Part shown: piece after piece, positions 18,981-29,309 of the stretch
Numbering within the stretch: the first letter of the stretch is position 1
Layout of the letters: every line of letters begins with the position of its first letter
Assembly (NCBI GenBank): GCA_963781585.1
Contig: CAWAGQ010000008.1
Coordinates: forward strand, 128,001-192,000
DNA from: an uncultured Gemmatimonadaceae bacterium
GTDB taxonomy: Bacteria; Gemmatimonadota; Gemmatimonadetes; Gemmatimonadales; Gemmatimonadaceae
Direction: 5' to 3'
Length of the DNA stretch: 64,000 nt
Made by a program: the position numbers and the translations under genes
The notes under the pieces: model-generated
Databases searched by the model: none
Told to the model about the DNA's origin: nothing
The model's input: only the letters and a program-made list of their open reading frames with translations

Positions 18981-20165
18981 TCAGGGAATCGCCGCCCCCG
19001 CGAGATCCCTTCGCAGCGCGAGGAATCCCACCGCCGCCGCGACTTTCAGGATGACCCCGAACACCACGAGTGCGACAATCGAGTGATCGTAGAGGCGGCC
19101 CATGATCACGCTGCCCACGAACCAGAGCACCCCGTACACACCGTTGAAGCTGCCGAATGCCGTTCCGCGCTTGTGCATCGAGACCACGCGCGCAATCCCC
19201 GGCCTGAGGGTCGCATCGGCGGCGCCAAGGCCGATCCCCCAGCAGGTCACGGCAACCGCCACCTCGCCGGGACCACCGAGGAATCCCAGCGGCAGCGCGA
19301 ATACGGAGACGAGTATTCCGGCCGACAGCACGGCTATGCCGTAGCGGTCGAACAGCCGCCCAAATAGCAGCGCCGCGGCGCCGTTCACGGCCATCGCCCC
19401 CGCGTAGAACAGCGGAATCGTCGGCGCGGAGACGAGCGCGGTCTTCTCGAGGTGATACGCGAGCAGGGCGAAGTCGACGAAGCCGCACGCCATGAGTCCG
19501 GCCACCGCGCAGTAGATCCAGAAGACGCGCGGGAGGGATTGCTGGTGGATCGCCGGGGGCGGCGGCGCGCCGCGCGACGGGTGCGTGATGCGAGCCAGCA
19601 CGAGCGCGACGATGCAGGCCACCGCCGGCACGGCAAGGACGAGGAAACCCGGCGCGAAGCGCTGCGAGCGGGCAACGACGGCCGCGACCACGAGCGGACC
19701 CAGCACCGCGCCCGTCTGATCGAGCGCCGTGTGCAGCCCGAAGCCCCAGCCGTGTCCCACCTCCTGGGTGGCTTCGGACAGCAGCACATCCCTCGCCGGT
19801 CCACGCACGCTCTTGCCGAATCGCTCGGCGACCACGAGGAGCGCGGCGGCCTGCCAGCTTCCGGCGAACGCCAGCGCCGGAACGACGATCAGGTTGAGCG
19901 CGTAGCCGCCGATGGTGATTGGCCAGTACGCCCGTGTGCGATCGGCCAGCCGGCCGGTGAAGAAACGAAGGCCCGCCGCGACCATCTCGCCGAACCCCGC
20001 CACGAAGCCCACCTGCATCGCGCTGGCGCCGAACTCGCTCAGGTAGGGGCCGATGATGCTGCGCGCCCCTTCGTAGGTCATGTCGGCGAGCAGGCTGACG
20101 ATGCCCAGCCAGACGATGAAGCGGGTGGCGGCTCGGCGGGCGTCGTGGGAGGGCGTGGCGGTCAC
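18981..20165 (-). CDS. MFS transporter
   Basis: About 12 hydrophobic segments; G.LADR and GRLFDR motifs; ERFGK..RGPARD. Confidence 0.9.
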   Translation of the reverse strand: MTATPSHDARRAATRFIVWLGIVSLLADMTYEGARSIIGPYLSEFGASAMQVGFVAGFGEMVAAGLRFFTGRLADRTRAYWPITIGGYALNLIVVPALAFAGSWQAAALLVVAERFGKSVRGPARDVLLSEATQEVGHGWGFGLHTALDQTGAVLGPLVVAAVVARSQRFAPGFLVLAVPAVACIVALVLARITHPSRGAPPPPAIHQQSLPRVFWIYCAVAGLMACGFVDFALLAYHLEKTALVSAPTIPLFYAGAMAVNGAAALLFGRLFDRYGIAVLSAGILVSVFALPLGFLGGPGEVAVAVTCWGIGLGAADATLRPGIARVVSMHKRGTAFGSFNGVYGVLWFVGSVIMGRLYDHSIVALVVFGVILKVAAAVGFLALRRDLAGAAIP

Positions 20166-20246
20166 CGAATGTCCCGGGGACGGCAGCCCGGCGCTCTCGC
20201 CGTATCGTGTGTGTGGGTTACCATTTCTCCGGGCGACGAGCACACC

Positions 20247-20420
20247 GTGAGCGACCTGTCCTCGACATTATGCGACGCACGCTCCGGCCGCTACACGATC
20301 GACCAGGAGATTGGACGCGGGGCGAAAACCGCAAGATCACCCGCACCCATATTCGTCTTGTCGGCCGGCCCTTCGGACCAGGAGAAGATCTCTCTGCTGA
20401 GCGCCGGGGCCGACGAGGAT
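20247..20420 (+). pseudogene. Chimeric remnant: kinase N-terminus fused to a response-regulator receiver fragment
   Basis: VSDLSSTLCDARSGRYTIDQEIGRG mirrors the kinase start at 20533; followed by PIFVLSA...QEKISLLSAGADE. Confidence 0.65.
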
Positions 20421-20532
20421 GCGGCAGGTGCTCGATTCCCACTTCCTCCGCCACGGACGGACAGAGATACTATGGGCGCCGCGGCACGCGCGTCCGGCGC
20501 GTGGCCGGAGTGGCCCATCTCCGCCTCCCGTC

Positions 20533-22918
20533 GTGTCAGATCTCGTCTCCGCATTGCGAGATGCCCTCGCCGGCCGATATACAATCGACCGCGAGATCGG
20601 CCGTGGAGGCATGGCGAGCGTGCTGCTGGCGCATGACGTGCGGCACGACCGTCCGGTCGCGGTCAAGGTGCTTCACCCCCAGATCGCCGCGGCGGTAGGA
20701 TCCGAGCGCTTCCTTCGCGAGATCCAGGTAGCGGCTCGGCTGCGACACCCGCATATCCTGCCGCTGTTCGACTCCGGCGAGGCCGCGGGTCTGCTCTTCT
20801 ACGTGATGCCGTACGTGGGCGGCGAGTCGCTGCGCGAGCGGCTGCGGCGTGTGGGCGCGCTTCCCCTGGCGGACGCGCTGCGGATCGCGCGCGAGGTGGC
20901 GGACGCGCTCGACTACGCGCATCAGCACGGAGTGGTGCATCGCGACATCAAACCGGACAACGTGCTCCTCGACGACCGGCACGCGCTGATCACGGATTTC
21001 GGCATCGCGCGCGCCGTCACGCCCGACGAGACGAGTGAGATGCTCACGTCCACGGGTCTGCTGGTGGGGACGCCGGCGTACATGAGCCCCGAGCAGGTGA
21101 GTGGCGACCGGCTGCTCGATGGCCGGAGCGACCTCTACGCACTGGGGTGCGTGCTACACGAAATGCTCACCGGCGAACCGCCGTTTTCCGGTCCGACGGC
21201 GCAGGCGATCATGGCAAAGCGCTTCGCCGGCGCCGCGCCGGCCATGCCGGCTGGCATCCCGCCGCCGGTGAGGGCGATCGTCGCTACCGCGATGCAGGTG
21301 ACCCCCGAGAAGCGCTACGGCTCCGGGCGGGACATGGCAGATGCTCTCGACGCCGCGGAGAGCGCGAACCGCGGCGTCGTGGCGACGCCCGCGACGACGG
21401 CGGTGAAGCCGCCGCTGCTGCGCCGGCCCGGCGTCGTGCTGGGGGCGGGCGCCGTCCTCGTTGCGGTGACCCTGTCCGCCGTGCTGCTGAGGCAGCACGA
21501 ATCCGTACCCGCACTGCCGGTGCGGGCCGCGTCGATCATCCCCTCGGTGGGCGTGCTCCCGTTCGCGAATCGCAGCGACAGCCGGGAGATGGAGTACTTC
21601 AGTGACGGCGTCACCGACGAGCTCATCACCGCTCTCTCGCGGGTGAACGGCATACAGGTGGCCGGCCGCACATCGTCGTTCTCGCTGAAGAACAAGGGGC
21701 TCACCGCCCAGCAATCGGCCGACACGCTGCACGTGAAATTGCTGATCGACGGCAGCGTGCGAAGCAGCGGCCCCAATGTGCGCGTGACCTGGGGCTTGAT
21801 CGACGGGGCGACCGGGCGGAGTCTCAACACCGGCGATTTCGACGGCGAAATGCGCAACGTGATCGCGCTGCAGGATTCGCTCGCCCACACCATCGTGGCG
21901 CAGCTCCAGCCGGCGTTAGGCATCACGGTCACCGCCTCCACGCCCCGCCATACCACCGCGAACTTCGAGGCGTACAATCTCTATCTGCAGGGGCACTACT
22001 ACTGGAACCAGCGAACGCCAGCCAGCATGCGGCGCGGCATCGACTACTTCAAGCAGGCGATCGCGCGGGATTCCGGCTACGCCCTGGCCTGGGCCGAGCT
22101 TTCCAGCGCCTACACGCTCGAGGCCGGGTTCGGCGACATGCGCCCGGGCGAGGTGCGGGAGGTCGCCCGGTCGGCCGCCGAGCGCGCGGTCCGTCTCGAC
22201 TCCACGCTGTCGGAAGGATACACGGCGTTAGGCATCTGGCATTCGCTGGCCAACCAGGATTGGGCGACGGCGCTGCCCTACCTGGACCGGGCGGTGGCGC
22301 TCGACTCGGCCAACCCGTTCCCGCATCTCTTTCGCACCTGGGCCCTGCTGGCACTGGGACGCGGCGACGAAGCCCTGGCCGAGGTTCGGAAGGCCGTGGC
22401 CCTCGACCCGCTGGCGCCCACCCAGAACGCGCGGCTGGGCACGGTCCTCATCTGCCTGCGTCGTTACGACGAGGCGATCGCCCAGCTGCGGCACGCCCTC
22501 GAGGTCGACCCCTCGAACGTGCAGGCCCGATTCGAACTCGGACATGCGTACGCCATGAAAGGGGCAGTTCGACGAGGCATTCAAGGCATATCCCGACGCG
22601 ATCGAATCGCAGGCCGGCTTCTCCACGGGATGGCTGGCCGCTTCTCTCGGACGGGCAGGGCGGCAGTCGCAGGCCCGTGCGCTCTACGACCGGTTGCTGG
22701 CGCTTTCCAAACAACGCCACGTCACCCACGAGGCGCTTGCCCTCAGCGCACTTGGCGCCGGTGACACCTCGCTCGCCCTCGACTGGCTGGAACGCGGGGT
22801 GCGCGAGCATTCGTTCTATCTCGTTTTTCTGAATGACGATCCCCTGTTCGACCCGCTGCGCAACGAGCCACGGTTCAAGGCGATGCTCCGGCAACTGCGT
22901 TTCCCCCCTGCGGGATAG
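20533..22918 (+). CDS. Ser/Thr protein kinase with TM, TolB-like and TPR domains; apparent +1 frameshift near 22558-22564
   Basis: GRGGMA, VAVK, HRDIKPDN, DFG, GTPAYMSPEQ, LPF.N..YFSDG; C-terminal DP.FDPLR..PRF motif lies in another frame ending 22918. Confidence 0.88.
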
Positions 22919-23085
22919 GTCCGTCGGGATCAGCGCCGCGAGCAGCGCGACCAAATCCGAACGGTCCAGCGCGACCAGACCGAGCAGCCGGGTGCGACCA
23001 AGCCGGGGCGGTGCGGGCGGCCAGGTCCTCCGCCGTGGCGCGCGGCGTGGCAGATTCAGAATCCACTCCATCCGGCATCCCCACG

Positions 23086-24675
23086 ATGACGTCCGTTCCG
23101 TCGAGCACCCGCCCACCGCTGGTCGTCTCACTCGTCTGTGCGGCGACCTTCGCGATCCCCATCCCCGCGCAATCGCCCTCCGGCGCCGAGGCGCGCGCGG
23201 CAGCCCGGACGTACCGCGAGGCCAACGAAGCCAAGCTGGTACGCGATTTCGCGACCCTGCTCGCCATGCCTAACGTGGCATCGAATCTCGCCAACGTGCG
23301 TCGGAACGCCGACTATCTGTCGGGCCTGCTGCGCGCCCGTGGCATCACGCCCCGGCTGCTGGAGGTGCCCGACGCCCCTCCAGTGGTGTACGGCGAGCTC
23401 GCCACGCCAGGCGCTACGCGAACCGTAGTCCTTTACGCACACTACGACGGCCAGCCGGTGGATCCGAAGCAATGGTCCGGGGCGCCGTGGACGCCGGCGC
23501 TTCGCGACAAGCCGCTGACCCAGGGCGGCCACGATGTCCCGTTCCCCGCCGTCGGCCAGACGGTGAACGGCGAGTGGCGGATCTACGCCCGCTCGGCCGG
23601 CGACGACAAGGCGTCGATCATGGCGATGCTGACCGCGCTCGACGCGATGCGCGCGGCGAAACTGGCGCCGTCTTTGAACGTCAAGTTCTTCTTCGAGGGC
23701 GAGGAGGAAGCCGGCTCGGGCCACCTCGAGGCCATCCTGCGCAAGTACAAGGACCTGCTGCGCGCCGACGCCTGGCTCTTCTGCGACGGCCCCGAGCACC
23801 AGACCGGGCGGCAGCAGGTGCTGTTCGGGCAGCGCGGGGTGGTGGATCTCGAGCTCACCGTCTACGGGCCCACGCGGCCATTGCACAGCGGCCACTACGG
23901 CAACTGGGCGCCCAACCCGGCGGCGCTGCTGGCCAACCTGATCGCGTCGATGCGCGACGACGACGGGCATATCCGGATCGCCGGCTACTACGACGACGTG
24001 CGTCCGATCAGCGCCGCAGAGCGGCAGGCCCTGGCCGCGTTGCCGGCGATCGACCCCATGCTGCGCGCCTCGTTAGGCCTGGCGCACACCGAGGCCGGGG
24101 ACGCGCCGCTGGTGGAGCGGATCATGATGCCGGCGCTCAACGTGCGCGGGCTGCGCGCTGGCGGGGTGGAGGAGACGTCGGCCAACGTGATCTCTACCGA
24201 AGCACTGGCGTCGTTCGATTTCCGGCTGGTGCCCGATCAGACGCCCGAACACGTGAAGCAGCTTGTCGAGCGGCACATCGCCGCGCAGGGATACCACGTC
24301 GTTCGCGACGTGCCTGACTCGGCCACCCGGGTGACGTACCCGAAGATCGTGCGGATGCGGTGGGGGAGCGGGTATCCGGCGCAGCGGGCGTCGCTTGACG
24401 ATGCATTCGGCCGCGCGCTCATCGCCGCGATTTCCGACGGGGCGCCGCAGGCACCGCTCGTGCTGCCCACCTCGGGCGGGAGCGGGCCGAGCTATCTGTT
24501 CGCGGAGATCCTGGGCGCGCCGGTGGTGGGGCTGCCGATCGCCAACTACGACGACAACCAGCATGCGGCGAACGAGAATCTGCGTCTGCAGAATCTGTGG
24601 GACGGGATCGAGTTATATGCAGGGCTGCTGGTGCAGCTGGGCGCCACGTGGAGGAGCGCCGGCGCGACGCCATGA
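23086..24675 (+). CDS. Secreted M20/M25/M40 metallo-hydrolase
   Basis: YAHYDGQP, RSAGDDK, EGEEEAGS, LHSGHYGN, NQHAANEN. Confidence 0.92.
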   Translation: MTSVPSSTRPPLVVSLVCAATFAIPIPAQSPSGAEARAAARTYREANEAKLVRDFATLLAMPNVASNLANVRRNADYLSGLLRARGITPRLLEVPDAPPVVYGELATPGATRTVVLYAHYDGQPVDPKQWSGAPWTPALRDKPLTQGGHDVPFPAVGQTVNGEWRIYARSAGDDKASIMAMLTALDAMRAAKLAPSLNVKFFFEGEEEAGSGHLEAILRKYKDLLRADAWLFCDGPEHQTGRQQVLFGQRGVVDLELTVYGPTRPLHSGHYGNWAPNPAALLANLIASMRDDDGHIRIAGYYDDVRPISAAERQALAALPAIDPMLRASLGLAHTEAGDAPLVERIMMPALNVRGLRAGGVEETSANVISTEALASFDFRLVPDQTPEHVKQLVERHIAAQGYHVVRDVPDSATRVTYPKIVRMRWGSGYPAQRASLDDAFGRALIAAISDGAPQAPLVLPTSGGSGPSYLFAEILGAPVVGLPIANYDDNQHAANENLRLQNLWDGIELYAGLLVQLGATWRSAGATP

Positions 24676-24748
24676 TCGAGGGGCACCAGCCGGGAATATT
24701 GGATACGTAGGGCTCCTGCGCCTTAGCGTGCAGTTAGGCGCGCGTTTC

Positions 24749-25858
24749 TCACCCACGGCGCAGCCTGTAGAGAGTCACATGCGGTTCGCCGACGCGATCC
24801 TCGTACGTACCGAGAATGTAGTCGTCGGCAATGTCGAATACTGTGAGGCCGGTCGGTATCCGGACGTCACCCAGCAAACGACCGTCGTCCGCCAACGCCA
24901 ACAGCCGTGTCTCGACGTCTCTCGGCAAGTAGAGTGACACCCACAGTGTACCGGCCCGATCAGTGAATAGCGCTGTGTACGGGGGTACAGTGGCTGGCAT
25001 CGGCCCTTCCAACTCGAGCTCTTTCATTCGCTGCCGAGTCTGTGCATCCTGCCCGTACATGGCGAGAGCGTCTGCGGATGCTTCGTACTGCGCTCTCGAT
25101 GGTCTGCGCGGTCGTACCGGCACACGGATGGATCCGCGTCGCTGGCCATCCAGCGCGAACACTTCAATCACGGCCGAATCGGCGGTGCCTACGTAGAGGC
25201 GATCGTCGGATATGGCTATCACCGGTGCACGACCCAAGGGTCGTGGGACCGCCGCGCCTATGTGCGTGATGCTGTATTCCGGTCCCGGTACCATGCCAAT
25301 CACCGCCAGGGTACTGTCAGCGCCATTCACGACTCGCAGTTTCGCCCGCTCACGCGCAGACACAACGCCTGGTTTCGGAGGCTGAGAAAAGTTCGGTCGA
25401 TCGTGCAGCGCAAATTGGCCTTTGCGATTGCAGCGGATCAGATAAGGCGCGGGATCGAGCCTTCCCGCCGACGGGATGATAAGCTGACGTCCCATGCGCC
25501 CACTCTTGTCAAGCGCTGTCAGTCGCTCATGGAAGAAGTCCCAGACGAAGAGACTGTCTGCTGCGCACTGGCCGAGCCAGGAGATGAGGCGGAATTCTCC
25601 AGGTCCATCACCCGAACGCCCAACAGTGCGCAGCAGCTGCCCTCTGGTGTCAAAGAAGCTGATCCTGTCGCCTCGTCCGTCTGCGATCACAATGGTGCCG
25701 TCCTGCTGTCGAACACCCGCTACCGGCAACTCGAGCAACGGGGCCCCGGTCGGAGACACGCCGTGAATATCAACGGTGGGAACAGAGTCGACGGACCAAT
25801 GCGTTTGTGCGAGTGCGCAAGTTGCTGTAGCAGCGTGCAGTAGTGCGCAGACCACCAC
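24749..25858 (-). CDS. 6-bladed beta-propeller protein (paralog of 964-2142)
   Basis: GRSGDGPGEF motif, D.AG.LWV; start uncertain; visibly more A/T-rich than neighbours. Confidence 0.7.
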   Translation of the reverse strand: MVVCALLHAATATCALAQTHWSVDSVPTVDIHGVSPTGAPLLELPVAGVRQQDGTIVIADGRGDRISFFDTRGQLLRTVGRSGDGPGEFRLISWLGQCAADSLFVWDFFHERLTALDKSGRMGRQLIIPSAGRLDPAPYLIRCNRKGQFALHDRPNFSQPPKPGVVSARERAKLRVVNGADSTLAVIGMVPGPEYSITHIGAAVPRPLGRAPVIAISDDRLYVGTADSAVIEVFALDGQRRGSIRVPVRPRRPSRAQYEASADALAMYGQDAQTRQRMKELELEGPMPATVPPYTALFTDRAGTLWVSLYLPRDVETRLLALADDGRLLGDVRIPTGLTVFDIADDYILGTYEDRVGEPHVTLYRLRRG

Positions 25859-25964
25859 CAGTGATGTTAGGGATCGAGAGCACGGCGATGACTCGCCCGC
25901 GATGGACGAACTATAGAAAGAACCCGCCGCCTCAAATCCGTTGTCCTGGCGCGGTAGCAGGGGA

Positions 25965-28421
25965 TCACGGCGCCCGAGTCCACAATACAATCGTCCCGCA
26001 CGCCGCCCCGGTCCCTCCAAACTGGATGGGCGTATTCGCCGGTCCCGGGTAGAGTTCGATCGCCTCGACGCCATTCGGTGCAAAGTCGTCGATATTGGGC
26101 GGCTTCACGAGCCCGCCCGGTTGAAAAATCACCGCTCCGTCCAGGTAGATCTGGAAATAGCACCGGTTCAAGCCATAGGAGCCGTCCGGAAGGGCCTCTG
26201 TCGACTGTCGATCGAGAGTCGACGCGAAAGCTGAGCGGGTGCTCTCGAGAAAGACCGTATTATCAGGCCGGCGCACGAGCTTTACCCCGGGCACCGAGCG
26301 CAGGATGTCGCTCAGGCGCGAGTGCTCGCGTGCGGCGAGTTGCGCCCGGGTGATGAAGTGTCCCCCGGCATTCATCGCGCGCCGCTCCTCGAACCCCCGC
26401 ATCTTCGCCGCCACGGCTGTTCCCGTCACCACCACGCCGGGCAGTTCGGTCACGTTGGGCGTCAGCACGAACTCGCGCACCGCGTCCGCCGGCTGCGGCA
26501 GCGTCACGCGCGCCAGCACCGGCCGGTAGCCCACCGCGCGCACCACCACCGTGTATGTCCCCCAGGGCAGCATCGCGAAGGCGAAGGCGCCGTCGGGCGC
26601 CGGCCGCGCCGCACGGGACATGCCGGGCAGCAGCACCTCCGCCGCCACGGCCGGCCGCATGGTAGAGTCTTGCCTCACGACTACCCGCCCTCGCAGCGTC
26701 GTCGCCTTCGCCGCCGCCGCGCTCAACGCCAGCTCCACCTCGACCGCGCTTGTGGTGTCGTCCGCGGCCACGGTGCGGTCCCCGATTGCCCCGCCCAGTT
26801 CCGCGTGCAGCCGCACGAGGTCCACCCGCGGCGGCCGGCAGAAGGTCACGATCCCGGCCTCGTCGGACTCGGTCTCGATGGTCGAGTCGCTCACTGACGC
26901 ACTCACCATCTCCGTTGCCGCCTGGACGGCGAGCCGCCGCCACGACAGCAACGTTCGCGCCCCGGGGACCGGAGCGTGCGTGAGTGAGTCGACGACGTAC
27001 CCGATAATGAGCTGGGGCCGCTCCCCGCGACCGGCCTCGGCACCGCAATAGCGTGCACGTAGCGTCGCCGCACTCGACACCGTCCAGTTGGCGACCGACT
27101 CGCTCCCCCGGGAGAGCACGACCTCCTGCTGCGCTCCGTGCGTACCGAAGCGCACGAGTCGCGGGTCGTCGGTGGCAAGGATGTAGCGCCCCGCCAAGAC
27201 ACTCCGGAGCCGGTACCGGCCCACGCTATCGGTCACCGCCTCGGCCACTCCGCGTGCCAGGCTGAGGTGCGCGCTCGACATGGGGACTCCGCGCAGACTG
27301 TCGAACGCCACCCCGGTCAGCGCCGGCAGGTCGGCCGGCGCCTCCCGGCCAGCGGCGAGCGCGGCCCACCCGCCCTCCTCACGGTAGCCGAGCAGACTGT
27401 CGCGGGCAGGCACGGTGAGCGCGCCGACGCGTGCCGCGCCCACGCGGCCCAGCCGCGGGAGCCGGATGTACCACTGGCCCACAATCCACTGGCCGTTAGG
27501 CAGGGCTACGAACTCCAGCCGCCCGCCGGCGCGCCCCGCCTCGTTGCGCATGGGCAGGTGCGTGTACGTGTAGTCCAGCCACCGCAGTTCCGCGCTCGGC
27601 TGCTCGACCCAGAGCACCCCGCTCACGTCGCTCACCGTGCGCCCGGGAGCCGGCTCGAAAGCAAGCCCGATCAGCGCGTCGGTCCCGGCGAGCTCCTTCA
27701 CGGCGAAGCAGTGGTCCTGCGTGAAGCGGTCCGACAGGAGGAGCCCCGCGTCGGGGGCGAAGAAGGTGAGCGTACCGTCCACGTCGTGGGCAAAGCCCAG
27801 GCGCGAGAGCTCCTCCGGCGAGGCGGTCGCGAACGGCATCCCTCCCGGAATTCCGTGCGAGGAGGTGGTCTCGGCGACCACGCGCAGCGCCTGGTCGAGG
27901 GTGCGCGTGTAGCGCAAGACCTGGATGGGGAGCCCCTGCGGCGCCGAGAGGACCGTGGCGTCGAGCGCCTTGCGCACTTCCGCCCACAGCCGGGCCGCCG
28001 CCGGGCCGGTCGCCGAATCAAGCCGGCAAGAACGGCGTGCGCGGACGTCCACCTTCTCGAGCGTGAGGGGGCGCGCGACGAGGGCGAGGCGCACCGCCAG
28101 GGGATCGGCCTCCACCACCAGGAGCGCGGAGCTGTCGGCCGCGTACCCAATGCGCTCGGCGCGGATCCGGACGCGGGCGCCTAACGTGGCATGCAGGGTG
28201 GCGCGCCCTTGTTCGTCGGTGAGTGCGGCAGCGGGGCGCGAGCCGTCGGCGAGCACCAGCGAGGCGATCGCGCCCACGAGCGGCGTGTCAGACGCCCGGT
28301 CCACCACCAGCACGCGAACGCTCTGCGCTAACAGGCCACAGCCCGGTAACCCAACCGTGAGGATGGAGGCGATGAGCCCACATACCGCGCGGCGCACTAC
28401 TCTGACTCGCTGCCGGCGCAT
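25965..28421 (-). CDS. Carboxypeptidase-regulatory-like repeats plus C-terminal TonB plug-like domain (no barrel)
   Basis: GFEERR..G.FITR..L, IYLDG, VEAIELY.GPA..P.QF, CG.IVLWTR terminal motif. Confidence 0.8.
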   Translation of the reverse strand: MRRQRVRVVRRAVCGLIASILTVGLPGCGLLAQSVRVLVVDRASDTPLVGAIASLVLADGSRPAAALTDEQGRATLHATLGARVRIRAERIGYAADSSALLVVEADPLAVRLALVARPLTLEKVDVRARRSCRLDSATGPAAARLWAEVRKALDATVLSAPQGLPIQVLRYTRTLDQALRVVAETTSSHGIPGGMPFATASPEELSRLGFAHDVDGTLTFFAPDAGLLLSDRFTQDHCFAVKELAGTDALIGLAFEPAPGRTVSDVSGVLWVEQPSAELRWLDYTYTHLPMRNEAGRAGGRLEFVALPNGQWIVGQWYIRLPRLGRVGAARVGALTVPARDSLLGYREEGGWAALAAGREAPADLPALTGVAFDSLRGVPMSSAHLSLARGVAEAVTDSVGRYRLRSVLAGRYILATDDPRLVRFGTHGAQQEVVLSRGSESVANWTVSSAATLRARYCGAEAGRGERPQLIIGYVVDSLTHAPVPGARTLLSWRRLAVQAATEMVSASVSDSTIETESDEAGIVTFCRPPRVDLVRLHAELGGAIGDRTVAADDTTSAVEVELALSAAAAKATTLRGRVVVRQDSTMRPAVAAEVLLPGMSRAARPAPDGAFAFAMLPWGTYTVVVRAVGYRPVLARVTLPQPADAVREFVLTPNVTELPGVVVTGTAVAAKMRGFEERRAMNAGGHFITRAQLAAREHSRLSDILRSVPGVKLVRRPDNTVFLESTRSAFASTLDRQSTEALPDGSYGLNRCYFQIYLDGAVIFQPGGLVKPPNIDDFAPNGVEAIELYPGPANTPIQFGGTGAACGTIVLWTRAP

Positions 28422-28927
28422 GGTGAATAGCCCTCCGTTCGACCGCCTAGCTGTCCTTCATCAGGGCGCCCTGCTCCCTGAAGTGTGCTTCTGACCCCGG
28501 CCACAGGCTTATGGCAATTCCTTGTAGCGCCGTGCTGGCTGGGTTCCGAACGGCGCCTTCCCCTCGAGGAACTCCGTAATCACATGCTCGAGCTCGGTCG
28601 AATCCGGAATGCTGCGGAACCACCAAGGCTGTCAACGGGAACCGCAACTGGTTGACACGGACCCTTGTTACCTCCTTGCGAATTGTGAGCCTTTCCATCA
28701 GTCGGCGCATTGCATGGGTGCACCTGGCGGTCAAGGCAGAAGGACAGGCGTATCTGAGGATGCTCCATTGTGAGTCACATCACGCTGCTGCGCCATGGAT
28801 CATTGATCTACGCCGACAGCACGATCCTTCAAAGCACCGCAGCTTGTCGCTCGGTGTGGTCGGCTAGCTGCTCGGGCCGACGCGTCCACTCCACAGCGGG
28901 CATTACGGAACTGGGCGCGTAGTCCGA

Positions 28928-29309
28928 CTACCCCCCACTCAGCGGATTGACCACCCGAAGGAACGGGAACTGATGGAAGTCGGTGTCGGCGGTGCGGACT
29001 TCGGAAAGTCCGTGCTCCAGCATCAACGCCGCGGTGTGCAGATCGTGCACGGGATTCCCCGCCAGCCGCGGATGCCGCCCCGCGAGCTCGCGCACGACGT
29101 CGGGATGACGCTCGGTTTCCGTGAGGATGCGACAGCCGGGGCTCGCCCGCACGGCTGATACCCATGACCAGGCCCGCTCGAGGGAGAGCGGCCGGTCGAA
29201 CACCGTGCGATGGGTACTGAGGCGGAGGAATTCGTAGATCACGCCCCAGGTGAGGAACCACAGGTCGTTGCCGCGTCGGTAACGCGCCTGCTGCTTCCGG
29301 GCTCTGTCG
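28928..29309 (-). pseudogene. N-terminally truncated PIN-domain (VapC-like) toxin
   Basis: TW..IYEFLR.STH..VF, GN.VHD.H.AALM.EHG...T.D.DF..F; the first D-T-N catalytic strand and an antitoxin gene are absent. Confidence 0.8.
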
